A stretch of DNA of 64,000 nucleotides from positions 22,196,001 to 22,260,000 of the forward strand of contig OZ024747.1 in the NCBI GenBank assembly GCA_964016885.1, read 5' to 3'. This document shows, piece by piece, positions 51,621-64,000 of the stretch; position 1 is the stretch's first letter; each line of letters opens with the position of its first letter. A program made the position numbers and the translations under genes. This stretch comes from Eledone cirrhosa (lineage: Eukaryota). The notes beneath the pieces are model-generated. The model did no database searches and had not been told where the DNA came from. It was given only the letters and a program-made list of their open reading frames with translations.

Positions 51621-52529
51621 AAACCACCTCTATGAAAGTTTTCAAATTTAAAATCAACCCTTGGACTGAAATTTCATTATTACATACCAGATGATATTAG
51701 ATTTCAGTAGTTAGATATATGTTTTTTCTTATTAAGTTGAATGCTAGTTATTTCACTAAACATCTCATAATTGGTGATTATTTTGATAATTAAAACATGA
51801 AGACATATATTGTTGTTATGGTAATAAAAGGGTTAATTTATTCAGGTTTTCAACCAGTTTCTTAGTCAACTAATTGTATTAGATAACAGTAATGTGTAAT
51901 TCTGATTAGAATCAGCACTGTAAGTTATCAAACATTCAAGTAGACTAAGGATATTGTTTTTCTAAAGTGGGTAAGTTAGGTCTTAGAATGTTGCACTTCA
52001 CAGATTGACTCGGGATCAAGATGTAATAATGAAAGCTTATCCATGGAAGAATAGCTATTATGATGATAACTGTTATGGTAAAGATGATGTTGAATGATGG
52101 TAGTGATAGTAATGATGTTTATGATTAATCTAGTATTGCATATGTTTTAGGTTTTAGATTTTCAAGAGTCCTCTTAGCAAAGCAAAAGCCAATTAAATTC
52201 TGACATCTAATTCTAACTCTTAGTATCTCAAGGATCCAATTTTCTTTTAGAAACATGTTTAATTTTACATGTAGTTTATTATAACTGTCTTATGTCTTGT
52301 CTCTGTGGAGGGCAGCATGAATAATATGTGTTCCTTGACTCATCTAGGGGTACAGTAACCCCAAATAAGAACTGATTTCAACTATGATGACCAGTTCAGC
52401 CCATACATGAGAGGAAAAGTAAACATAAAATGAAGTTTCCTTGTGTTCTTTTCATAATCTAGTTTTATCCCAAAAGCTTATAAAAGGCTAAGCCGCTTTA
52501 TTCATATTGATCATAATGTGTGTGTGTGT

Positions 52530-53250
52530 AAACTCATCCTGGTAATACGTGACAGTATCATGTCCAATGAATGGCATAGGGTTAGTATTGTCATTAACTG
52601 CTACAAAAGCAATGGAGATGCTCTAGAAAGAGGCAATTATAAAAACATCAAAACTGGTGAATCAAGTTATGAAAATAATGAAGAGTGTTTTAGCACAACT
52701 CATTAGGCATAAAATTAGATTAGATGAAACGCAGTTTGAATTTGTGCCTGACTGAAGAACAACCAATGTCTTCTTCTTGATAAGATAACTATGAGAGAAG
52801 TTTCTAGCCAAGAATAAGCCACTATACATAGCATTCATTAATTTGAAGAAAGCCAGTAGGCTTTAAGAAAACTAGTCATAGATGAATGGCTTGTGAAAGA
52901 TAGAGAGATACTGTCAGTAGAGTGAGAGCTGGAAATGAGTTCAGTGAAGAATTTAGTGTGCCAGTAGGTATGTATTATGGCTCTGCCCTCATCCCCCTCT
53001 GTTTATTATAGGGGTCCAGGCTATTATAATTGCCTATGGAAACTTCTGTATCTTGACATCCTATTTCTTATAGCCAAATCTGTAGAAGATCTAGAGAAGA
53101 AATTCCAGTTGTGAAAACAAAACCTAAAATCAAAAGGGTTAATAGTAAACTTATCAAAGGCTAAAGTTTTAGTAAGCAAGAAAGAAAACCCTGATACAAT
53201 CAGGGAAATGATTGTGTTTGATATGTAAAGAAGTAGGTAGGAATTTTATA
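52530..53250 (+). pseudogene. Old degenerate RTE RT fragment related to the two young copies
   Basis: SIVINCYKSNGDALERGNYK, a DETQFEFVP-like stretch and the start of the PHD finger near 53200; many stops. Confidence 0.75.
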
Positions 53251-55159
53251 AGTCAATCCAAGTTCATATCTTTAACACATCAAAAATGCATTTTTCCCAT
53301 TTCATACATTTGAATACATTATTACAGGGTCGATAAAATAAAGTACCAGTAATGCACTGGGTAATTGCTGGTCTTGTGCCAAAAGTAGAAACAATTATTG
53401 ATATATTCATTATGAAATCACAAACACATAATACACAGACATCAAACATAATAATAATTCTTTCTAGTATAGACAAATGTCCAGCAATTTGGGGAAGGGG
53501 GAAAGCCGATTATATTGACCTCAGTACTTGACTGGTACTTTATTTTATCAATCTCAAAAGGATGAAAAGCAAAGTTGACATTGGTAATATTTGAACTCAG
53601 AACATAAAGAGCTGTAACTAAATTCTGCAAATAATTTTGTCCAATGCCCTTCAGTTAATATTAATAATGTTTTCTGGCATAAGGCCACACATTTAGGGGA
53701 GGGGAGTAGAGTAGATATTAAATCGACATCCAGTACTTAACTGGTAATTATTTTATTATTTAACATCAGAATGTAGACACATAACTAAATGCACAATGCT
53801 TTTTGTCCGATGCTACACTGACTCTGCTAATCCACCACCCTCATGATTAGAATAATAATAATATATTGAGTAATCACAACGATCAACTTGGTATGGTGTC
53901 AGCCTTATTTGTTTGTTTTATTTTATTTTATCTTTATTTTTATATATATTTTTTTTGCAAAAAAAAGTTTTGACTTGTGTGTTGTAGTATCCTTCATTAA
54001 AAGTGAAATCTCTCGACCAACTTAACTGTCAACAGAACAAGTAAGAATAGCAGTAGAATAAATTGGTAGTAGAGCATTAAAATAATTGACAATTATCAGC
54101 TAGCTTCGAGGTTTGCGTTGTCTTAGTCAAATCTTTTCATAATATGAGAATGTATGAAGGAATGAAATTTTTTTTTTTTAAACAAAAATTAAAATTAAAT
54201 TAGAATATGGTAATTATTAATTAACATAGAAATTTTAATTGTAAAATTTACTGTTATGCAATAACTGAAAAGTTGAGGAAATTTCAGCTCGCCACTTAAA
54301 TTGAATACATTTAGTTATTACATCAGTGAGTAGCTGTAACAAATGTGTAACCTACCCATAGGTAGGCCACAAATAACCGTATAGCTGCATCACTACCATA
54401 TTGATTAAGCTATTGACATTCAATGTATCTTTCTCTCTCTCTACCTCTATTAATCTCCGGTGGATGTGTATAGATCTCTAGTGATTTGCTTAGTTTGAAG
54501 GGTGCAAAACAAATCTATTTACGACGTAATACAATGTATACTTCTACCAAGTGAAGACTATTATATATTTCACAACCGGTCTCCTCAGCTGTAACATGTA
54601 TTACATCTATGAATGTGGTGTTTTACAACAGAATAGAACATATATTTTTAATAGTGTAAACTATTATATATCTTACAGCCGGTCTCCTCAGCTGTGACTC
54701 GTACAACACCTATGAATCTGGTGTTTCTTCTTTCTTCTTTCTTTATATCTTCTAGAAATATCTATCTTCTTCAAGTGAAAATGAATTTGTAATGTGTAGT
54801 ATTTTATGATTTCTGAAAAAATAACAAAAACAAAAGAAGACAACAGTGTCCTGCTACAAGTGATTAGTATTGTTGTATTGGAAAACCAATCACTATTTCA
54901 TAGTAGCTATTTGCTGGTAACATATATATATTTTCTCTGCAATATTTTACTCCATTATTGCAGACGTATAATAAGTCACTTTCACAAAATATTTCTCCAT
55001 GTCTGTTATTTATAGACATTACCAAAACCTTTCAGTTTTGTATTTCTTTCTATTTGAATATTCATTTATACATTTGAAATATGTTTGGGATAAGAAAATG
55101 TATTTTGGTTAATTCATATAATGCAAAAAATTTTCTTTACCTTTTTAAAATGTAATACA

Positions 55160-55269
55160 TAAACATATACATATATATTTACATATATATATATTTACAT
55201 ATATATATATATTTACATATATATATATATATTTACATATATATATATATTTACATATATATATATATT

Positions 55270-55332
<63 letters not shown>

Positions 55333-55352
55333 ATTATTATTATTATTATTAT
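55160..55352. repeat. Compound microsatellite: (tttaca(ta)n), (ta)n, (tta)n
   Basis: Direct inspection; ends about 55 nt before the ATG at 55407. Confidence 0.95.
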
Positions 55353-55406
55353 TTTAAACAAATATTTATTTGATTATTAATTTAAAACAAAACTTTATAA
55401 AAACAA

Positions 55407-55730
55407 ATGTCCAGATCATCTTTCTGGAAAATCCTCAAACGAGCTAGGTCCCTTAGTCCAAGACCAGCCTCTAAAGTTATTTCTAAAACTGATGAAACTA
55501 AAGACTCTGATAGCTCTACTGGTTCTACTCCAATGTGGAAATGCTACAGTGTGGACAAGTATCAAAGTTTACCTTCAGTATGTACACTAGAACCTTTACA
55601 CCACTGTGATAAGTTTGGATCTTATAGCGGTTCTGGTCATAAAAAATACCAAACTAATCCAACATTAAAAATCAACTCCCGGAAAACTATACAACCGCAT
55701 GCTACTCTTAAAAGTCACTACTGGAGTTCG
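55407..55730 (+). CDS. Candidate alternative first coding exon of the spectraplakin (108 aa, MSRSSFWKILKRARSLSP...HYWSS)
   Basis: ATG in aacaaATG context and 324 nt of non-repetitive open frame ending at a TCG|gtaaga donor in phase 0, matching the phase-0 acceptor at 63194. Lies in the CH1-CH2 intron. Confidence 0.6.
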
Positions 55731-56039
55731 GTAAGAAATAGTTTAATTCTGTACAACTATTATTGCTCTCTCCACTCTCTCTCTCTCTATCTCTCCCTCC
55801 TCTTCCCCCTCTCTCTCATATATTCATATAATCCCAGTAACACATTACAATTGACACACCATCAATTTTTGTCCTCTCTATACCTCTACTACACTAGCCT
55901 CTACTCCAACCAAACTTACTAGTTATATTTTTACTACAACCTTAGCCTACAATTTGCATGTGCCTTTCTTCACCTTATCATCTACATTCTTCAAACCCTT
56001 CACACTAATCATTTTGTATAACCCTTATTCCCCTAAAAC

Positions 56040-56182
56040 AGTCATGGGCAAAATGTGGCTTGTTTAGTTTTCTGAATGGCATGCCTAATTTCAAAATTAC
56101 CTCAAATGTTTTTGTGGGGCAGTCTGCCTTATGGTGAGCCACATATTAAATCAGCCCACTTGAGAAATATTGCCCATGCCTG
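56040..56182. mobile_element. Possible hAT-type non-autonomous relic
   Basis: TIR-like ends cagtcatgggcaa / ttgcccatgcctg; no clear 8-bp TSD. Confidence 0.35.
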
Positions 56183-57154
56183 AACTTCAGTCATCTCTCA
56201 GGAACATCATCTCCTGACACCCTAGCTTAACCACTAACCTTATTAGAACCACTAACATTATCCAACTACCTCTATCTCAATCTCTCCCAGCCTTATTTAA
56301 CTTAATAAGAATAGAATGTGCTCTCTCTTTCTTTCTTTCTCTCTCTCTCTCAAACTAACAAATTAAAATTCAAACCAACATAAAACAAAATGTTGTATCA
56401 TGACAGAACCAATAGAATGACAGATTAAATGTCTTTAGTGACACTTCCATGTATGTTCTGAGTTCAAATACAACCAAGGTTGACTGCATTTCTTTTTTTC
56501 AGATGGAGGTGGGGCAAATAAAAGAAATACCAGTCAAGTATTTTTGTTTTTATTGTAGAAAAAAGCCCAAATATCCCCCACCCACCCAATCTGTGTTTAT
56601 GTCATTAAATCCTTATTGATATTGTCACTAGAGTACTTAGTTATCTTTGTAATAATTTCATTTTATTTTATTTTATCCTTGTTTTGTCATTCCTTTCTTC
56701 CTGATTTTCATTGATTTATTATGTGTACTGAAAATTTCAGTCACAAAAAAATAAAATTAAAAAAAAGTGCTAGCTAGCCCAACTGGTAACATATGTGTAT
56801 TTCTGTGACAGAGTAGTTGTAGCTGTAGTCCTTGTTTGATTACTCCTGCATGAGAAGAAAGGCATAAACATCACAACATCCCCTGTGTACCACAACACAC
56901 CTAACTAGTTTGGTTTATTTCATCATTGTCATCAACATCATCATCATCATACATCTGCTTTCCAAGCTAGTATGGGTGAGATGGGTTATTATAGTCTGAG
57001 TCAGTTCTTATTTAAAGTTACTACCCTCCAAAACATATTAGAGAACTATATCTCGCCTATACTATACTATATTATAATTATTTGAATTCTGTTTTAGAAA
57101 AACATTTTTTTTTTTCAAAGCAACATATCGATTTCCAGACATATGTTTCCATTT

Positions 57155-57965
57155 GTCACTGCTGGTACCACAAAATACACCCAGTACATTCTATAAAAGG
57201 TTAGTGATGGTACCACAACAAAATATACCCAGTACATTCTATAAAGGGTTAGTGCTGGTACCACAACAAAATATACCCAGTACATTCTATAAAGTGTTAG
57301 TGATGGTACCACAACAAAATATACCCAGTACATTCTATAAAAGGTTAGTGATGGTACCACAATAAAATACACCCAGTACATTCTATAAAGTGTTAGTGAT
57401 GGTACCACAACAAAATACACCCAGTACATTCTATAAAGTGTTAGTGATGGTACCACAACAAAATACACCCAGTACATTCTATAAAAGGTTAGTGCTGGTA
57501 CCACAAAATACACCCAGTATATTCTATAAAGGGTCACTGCTGGTACCACAATAAAATACACCCAGTACATTCTATAAAGTGTTAGTGATGGTACCACAAC
57601 AAAATACACCCAGTACATTCTATAAAAGGTTAGTGCTGGTACCACAACAAAATACACCCAGTACATTCTATAAAGGGTTAGTGCTGGTACCACAATAAAA
57701 TACACCCAGTACATTCTATAAAGGGTTAGTGCTGGTACCACAATAAAATACACCCAGTACATTCTATAAAGGGTTAGTGCTGGTACCACAATAAAATATA
57801 CCCAGTACATTCTATAAAGGGTTAGCATTGGTACCACAAAATATACCCAGTATACATTGAAAAGTGTTAGTGTTGGTACCATGATAAAATGCACCCAGTA
57901 GGCCCTGTAAAATGCTAGTGTTGGTACTACAACAAAATGCACCCAGTCCACTCTATAAAGTGATA
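57155..57965. repeat. 48-bp tandem array, about 17 units, derived from a SINE/RTE tail segment
   Basis: gtgctggtaccacaataaaatacacccagtacattctataaagggtta units, continuing into a single RTE-type tail at 57985-58150. Confidence 0.92.
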
Positions 57966-59580
57966 GTGGTGGTGTCAGGAGTAAGTTGGTTGGTGGTAAG
58001 AAGTGCATCCAGCTGTAGAAATCAAACCAAACATAGAACATAACAAGCAATATGGGTTGCTTCCTTTCCATTTGGTCTCGGACCGTGATAAGCTGTCCAA
58101 CTTTTACCCATATGGAAAACAGAGACATACAATGGTGGTGGTGATGATGATTACTGTCACATTGCACTAGAGAAAATATTGTGTGGATATGGTGGTAAGA
58201 GAAGTTCTTTTTTACTTTCTCCACCACATAAAATTGAAACTTAAAAGTTTTCATGGAGAAAGAAGGGAGTAAATAGGAGTTGTGAAGTTCATGATTTTCC
58301 CAACAGCATTAGCAACATCAGCATCATCATTATTATAATCCTTTAAGATCATTACTGCCATCATCACCACCACCACCACAACTACCACCATCATCTCCAT
58401 CATACAATGGTGGTGTTCGTGGTGTAATACCATCTTTATAATAATCAGCATCAACATCAATAGCAAAAACATCCTTTTTATTTTAGCAGCAGTATGTTAT
58501 GTTAATGTTGATTTTCTCATACTAGGATACAATTAATGATGAAACAAGAACATCATCAAACACGTTTTAACTTAATTTCACCATTTTGAGGGAGGTGGGG
58601 TTATTTTTCTTCATTCCCTTTGTTTTTTCCACTTATTTTTATTTAATCTACATGGCATTTTAGTTTCGGTTTAAAGTTCAATGTTTGTTTATTTGATTTT
58701 TGTTTTGATATGTTGTTGTTGTTTATATATATATATATATTCTTCTTTAGTCTGATATCCTGAAATCCTGTTTGAGAAAGGAGTTCCAAATAAAAATTAA
58801 TATATATATATTAGGCATTAGATAATGCATGCTATTTGGTTTAAGGTCATGGGAACGAGACAGCATAAAACCAACTTTTAATGTTGTATCATTTGTAACC
58901 TGGTGATGGGTATTGAAGTTGGTCACCTTTTATATTTATTTTTAATCATTTTCATTTACTTTTAAACATTTTCATTTATTTTTGCTTGATGCCTTAACCA
59001 TTTTGTGACCACATTTCTGATGATGAAATACACAGTCTATATATTTCAATTAATTTGGAAAATATTGAGGAATTTGGATGGATTTAGTAAAATAAGTTTT
59101 TCATTAATAAACTGATGTTTGAACCATAACTCAACAAAAATGCATAAATACAATTATGAAGTCAAGCGTTAATAATATAAACTCTTTAAAATTGGCAATT
59201 TTGTATCACTGATTTCAAGGCAATCACATTTGGGTTGGTGTCAAAAACATTAATCTTGTAAAGGTAGAATAAAGAGGAATAATAGCTTCAAATGTTAATG
59301 AAGGTTAAGTCTAGTTGTACAACAAAACTCCATAGATATAGATTACTACATTAATATAATTGTTCTTTGTATCACTCGAACCTTATATTTAAGTTAACAA
59401 CTGGGACTATATCATTGTTCCCTTTGTTTGCATGGTAAATAACACAAATAATAGATTGATAAATGAATGAACTGATTAAATAATTGACAAGCAGTTTGTT
59501 ACCACCTCAGTTTTGAGGTTAAATCTTGCTGCAGTTGATCTGACTTGTAATTCATTTCAATATAAACAAGTTCTTTTACG

Positions 59581-61683
59581 GTGCCACGTAAGCAGAAAAG
59601 ACATCCCAAAAGTGCAATTTGGGAGACTGCAGCAGTCCGTCTTGCCAGAAAAGAACATCGTAATGCTGAACGTGAATACAAACTGCATAAATCAGATATC
59701 AATAGGAAGAGGCGAAATAAATCATCCAACAATCTCAAACAGGTGACAAAAAAGGCAGTGTTTCAATTTGAGCAGCGCATAGCAACCAGCCCTGACAGTA
59801 AGGTGTTTTGGAAGTATGTTCACTCAAAGCAGAGGCCTCACTCTCCAGTTGGTCCTCTTTGAATCCCCACACAAGCCAGGTTACTGACGACCCGAAGGTA
59901 TGCGCAGAGCTCATTGCTGAATACTATGCAGGCATTTTCACTATTGAAGACCAGAGTGTACCATCTCCACCACCTATGACACCACATTCTATTACAACTA
60001 TGGAATTTACACCTGCAATGCTGCGATGTCACCTTAAAAATAAACGCAACCATGCCTTTCTCTAGGTCTTGATGGTGTTATGTACCTGCTTCTCTAACGT
60101 GGTGGGTACTTCCTTCTGCACCAGCTATCATGCTTCTTCCAATTCTGTCTGAACAACGCTACTACTCCAGAACAGTGAAAAACTGCTAGTGTCATTCCTC
60201 TGTTCAAAAAGGGTGACTGCACATCAACTGTGAACTATCGTCCAGTCAGTCTCACTAGCTGCATTGCCAAAATGATGGAATCCTGTGTCAGAGAAACACT
60301 TTGGAACTTCTGGAACTCTCACAGTCTTACCCAGCCCTCGCAATTTGGATTTATCCCTAACTCAAGCTGCTGTGATCAACTTATCGAGTTTCTTGAAGAC
60401 ATCACCCGGATCACTGATGGCGGCTCATGGGTGGATGTTGTTTACCTTGATTTTGCTAAAGCTTTCAATTCTGTGCCACACAAAAGGCTTATGGCAAAAC
60501 TCTCTGCAATGGGTGTGAAGGATGATCTTTTTAACTGGTTGAACTCCTTCATTCTCAGTCGAAGAGAGGGAGTTACGGTTCTAGGACAGCATTCCTCACA
60601 ATATGAGATGTCATCTGGTGTACTATAGGGATCTGTTCTTGGCCCCCTTTTGTTTGTGGCATATATTAATGACATAGATGCCAACTTACAGAATGCTGCA
60701 GTACTGAAATATGCAGATGACATCAAGTTGTACCTTGAGATAAAAAGGACAGATCCTGAACACTATAGATCTTGCCTGCAATCTGACCTGGACACAATGC
60801 AACAATGGATCACAGACTGGCAACTCAAGCTAGCTGTTGACAAGTGCACCACCATGCATTTTGGGAGTAAAAACCCAGCGTCCACATACTCCCTTCACAA
60901 CACTAATATCAAGAAGTCTTCTTGTGAACGTGACCTGGGCATTACGGTCAGCAGCGATTTGCGTTGGACGAAGCACGTCTCTAAAATTGTCAAGAAGGCT
61001 GAGGGTGTCTTAGCATCACTCAGCAAGACCTTTGTCAGCTGCTCTCCAGCTATCTATTTAAAGCTGTACATAGCTTTAGTGCGGCCACACTTAGAATTTG
61101 CATCACCAGTCTGGAACCCCTATCTTGCTCAGAACATTGACCGCCTGGGAACTGTTCAGAGACGTGCAACCAAGCGAATACCCTCCATCAGGCATCTACC
61201 ATACTCTGAATGCCTTGCTTCCCTGGGCATGGATACATTGAAACTCCGACGTCTGGCAACTGACTTGGTAAACACCCACAAAATTATTAACCATCTTGCC
61301 AACAACAACCCTGAGTACCTTTTTGATATCCATGTGTCTAACACACGTGGGCATGCCCACAAAGTCAGAAAACAGCACAGTTCCCATGACTCTCGGAAAC
61401 ATTTTATCACACTCAGAGTTGCTGAAGCATGGAATAAACTACCTGCATCGGTTGTTAGCTGTCGAGACACTGCATCCTTTAAAAGCTCCATGCTTCCTGA
61501 GATTCGCCAACACTACACCTAATATTCCCCCTCCATACACATACACATGTATATCATGACTCATACACTATGCACTTCCTTGACATTTGTATATTATTCT
61601 AGGTACTATACATGCACCTTTGACGAGTTGTAGTGCATCTGAGCACTTTACACAATAATTTCATTATTATTATTATTATTATT
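59581..61683 (+). mobile_element. 5'-truncated, decayed CR1-group LINE (RT region and 3' UTR)
   Basis: NYRPVSLTS, QFGF, YLDFAKAF, SGVL*GSVLGP (in-frame stop), YADD, VRPHLEFASPVWNP, TRGH; several stops and frameshifts; (att)n tail at ~61663-61683. Confidence 0.88.
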
Positions 61684-61705
61684 TAGTATTATTATTATTT
61701 AGTAA

Positions 61706-61895
61706 GGGCAGTGAATTGGCAGTATCAGTAGAGGGTTGGACGCCATGCTTTCTAGCATAGTTACGGCCCTTTACAGTTTGAGTTCAAATCCCGTTGAGGT
61801 TAACTTTACCTTTCATCCTTACGAGATCGATAAAATAAAGTACCAGTAATGTACTGGATAATTGCTGGCCATTTGCCAAAAGTAGAAACAATTAT
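61706..61895 (+). mobile_element. SINE family 1 inserted at the CR1 tail
   Basis: Full head-to-tail match; flanked by ttattattatt(t)tagtaa on both sides. Confidence 0.85.
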
Positions 61896-62182
61896 TATTA
61901 TTTAGTAACACATTAAAGTAAATTTTCAAAAGAAAATGTTTAATATTCCCAAACTTCTTTTTTTATGCCCACTTATTCCTGAGAGGGTCATGGGGATGCA
62001 GAATCCTCAGGCATGCTTTCCAGAGTGTGCTATCAGAAACAACCATCATGAAAAGATTCAGCTGGATCACCAAGCAAGACTAACCAAGATTATGGATGTT
62101 ATTCAGCTATCTTGGTTGAGGTCTACTTCTCGGTCTCTTTTTGGTTAGATTTGCTTGTAAAATTTTGAACATAACTATTTAA

Positions 62183-62379
62183 CCCTTTAGGATTTAAACC
62201 AGCCATATTCAGCCAGAATTCTCTCACCTCTTTCTGGTCAAACTGGCTGTAACCAGCCGCTCATACTGATGTTAAGGTATTCTCAAAATAAATAATATAA
62301 AAGTCTCATAGATGTGATATTATGCGAGATAATTATGAAAATATAATAGTAAATATAGAAAAATGTAAATGCAAAAGGG
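62183..62379. mobile_element. piggyBac-like MITE family A, opposite orientation
   Basis: Reverse-complement homology; TTAA-flanked with CCC/GGG ends. Confidence 0.72.
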
Positions 62380-63193
62380 TTAATGTTTCATCTTTTGATC
62401 AGTATATTATTTAATATGAGTTTTTTTTTTTCATTAACAATAATAGCAGCAATGTTCATTTTTACTCTGAAGGAACTTAATATATTCTTTGAGTGTATCC
62501 TTCCCAACACCAAAAACAAAAATGTATCAAACATAGCATGGTAATAATTAGGAAGCTATCCAAAGGTTCATAGAGCTGGTTCTTATCCTTCGTTTCTATA
62601 CTGTTAAGAATGCTGAAGAATAATAAATATCTGATGCTTGTAGCCTTTGCTCTAGGATGCCTTGAACACTGTACAGCAAGTCAACAAATCTTTCTATAGT
62701 GTTATTTAAGTAGTGAATTTTCTACTTTCCATATTACCTACATAGAGCTAACCAATTTAAGATTTAACCCTCTTGATACCAAATTACCTCAAACCGCTCC
62801 TGCTTCTATGATACAAAAGCTGCTTATTTTAAAAGTTTATATTTATCTAAAACCCTTTTAAGTTATGCCCCAAACACCATTGAGATAATGAGAAAGTGAG
62901 TTATATTATTAAATCCTTTCAAATTCTTGATTGTAAGGAAGTTTCAATGGTGTTGCTATTATGATTATTATAAAGTTATAATAATATTTCTTCTAAAATA
63001 CACTGTATTTGAATTAATCAATGAAGAATTTGAAAGGATTTACTAAAATTATTAAGAAGGCATGTGTAACATAACAAAAAAGGTTTATATAAAGTTGTAT
63101 TGGAAAATTTTTATTTAAATGGGAACCTTCTAAATTGATGACTTTGTTCCATAAAAAAAAAAATCTAAATATTTTTTTTATTTTTCTCCCTAG

Positions 63194-63360
63194 ATATCTG
63201 ATGTTGTTGTGCCTGGCCAGCCTGAAAACCTTACCGCTAAAGAAGCTCTTCTCCTATGGAGTCGCCGAACAACAGAGGGATACCCTGGTATCAAAGTAAC
63301 AGACTTTTCTACAAGTTGGAGGGATGGCAAAGCCTTTCTTTCCATTATTCACAGACACAG
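63194..63360 (+). CDS. Spectraplakin exon, linker and start of CH2: [55 protein letters not shown](R)
   Basis: Long pyrimidine tract and ccctag acceptor, gtaaga donor; 167 nt, phase 0/2. AKExLLLW and FSTSWRDG are CH2 motifs. Confidence 0.97.
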
Positions 63361-64000
63361 GTAAGAGTTGAGAGATTGTTATCATTGTTGTTGTTCAAAG
63401 TTCAAATCCCACCATAGTCAACTTTGCCTTTCATCTTTCTAGGGTTCATAAGATAAAATACCAGTCAATTCAATCAACTAAATCTTTCCCACAAATTTCT
63501 GGCTTTGTGCCAATGTAAGAAATTATCATACTGGGACATTACTATTGATATCTTAAATTTTAAAATGACAATTGTGCAGAAATATGTGTGGACGAATGTG
63601 TTTGTATATATCTATTATATTATAATATTGATACAAAGACATCGATATCTGAATAATGAAATGTTGGCCTATCAATCAAAGGTTCATGTGTATTGTGTCC
63701 TGTCTCTGATGAAGATACTTAACTCTCCATCACACAATCTATAAATAGATACCAAAAGTAACTATCTACTTAACAGAATATAGAAAGATAAACAGCTAAC
63801 AGCTGGGGGGGGGGGGGGAACTGTGTGGTTGATGAGTGTGTTCTTTTTGTTTAAAATGCTGAACTCAAATGCTCCTATCAGGAAAACACTTCTAATAGAC
63901 TGGTGTCTTTTCAGAGGGTCCTTTCATTAACTCTTAACATCTTGTAATTATTTAGCAGAAAATGGGTAAAAACATGGCTTGTTATACTAGTGGATAACAT

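Noticed and set aside
57115-58254. 379-aa minus-strand ORF of hydrophobic 16-aa repeats
   Set aside because: By-product of a 48-bp SINE-derived array whose unit happens to lack stops in that frame; no splice or homology support.

Overview
AT-rich, microsatellite-laden eukaryotic DNA. The repeat landscape looks like a coleoid cephalopod, probably an octopod; this is inferred from tRNA-derived SINEs with (GAT)n tails, RTE LINEs and (TA)n/(CAT)n tracts. The whole window lies inside one + strand spectraplakin gene (plectin/dystonin/MACF1/short stop family). Four small exons of its N-terminal actin-binding domain are present: 21963-22052, 24993-25070 and 32317-32409 (CH1) and 63194-63360 (start of CH2). 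The introns hold one near full-length but frameshifted RTE LINE (minus), a 5'-truncated sister copy (plus), a decayed CR1-type LINE, at least two SINE families, TTAA-flanked MITEs and many tandem repeats. The most notable observations are: (1) a complete minimal type-I hammerhead ribozyme (Penelope-type) inside a ~340-bp palindrome 130 nt upstream of the first CH1 exon, next to a cluster of related fold-back relics; (2) a phase-compatible candidate alternative first exon (55407-55730) that would give a CH1-less isoform; (3) two ~2.7-kb inverted RTE copies enclosing two in-frame exons, a possible circRNA/ADAR substrate; (4) a C4HC3 PHD finger inserted inside the RTE reverse transcriptase; and (5) an apparent spliceosomal intron in the RTE 5' UTR. 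All calls were made by eye and none has been checked against databases.
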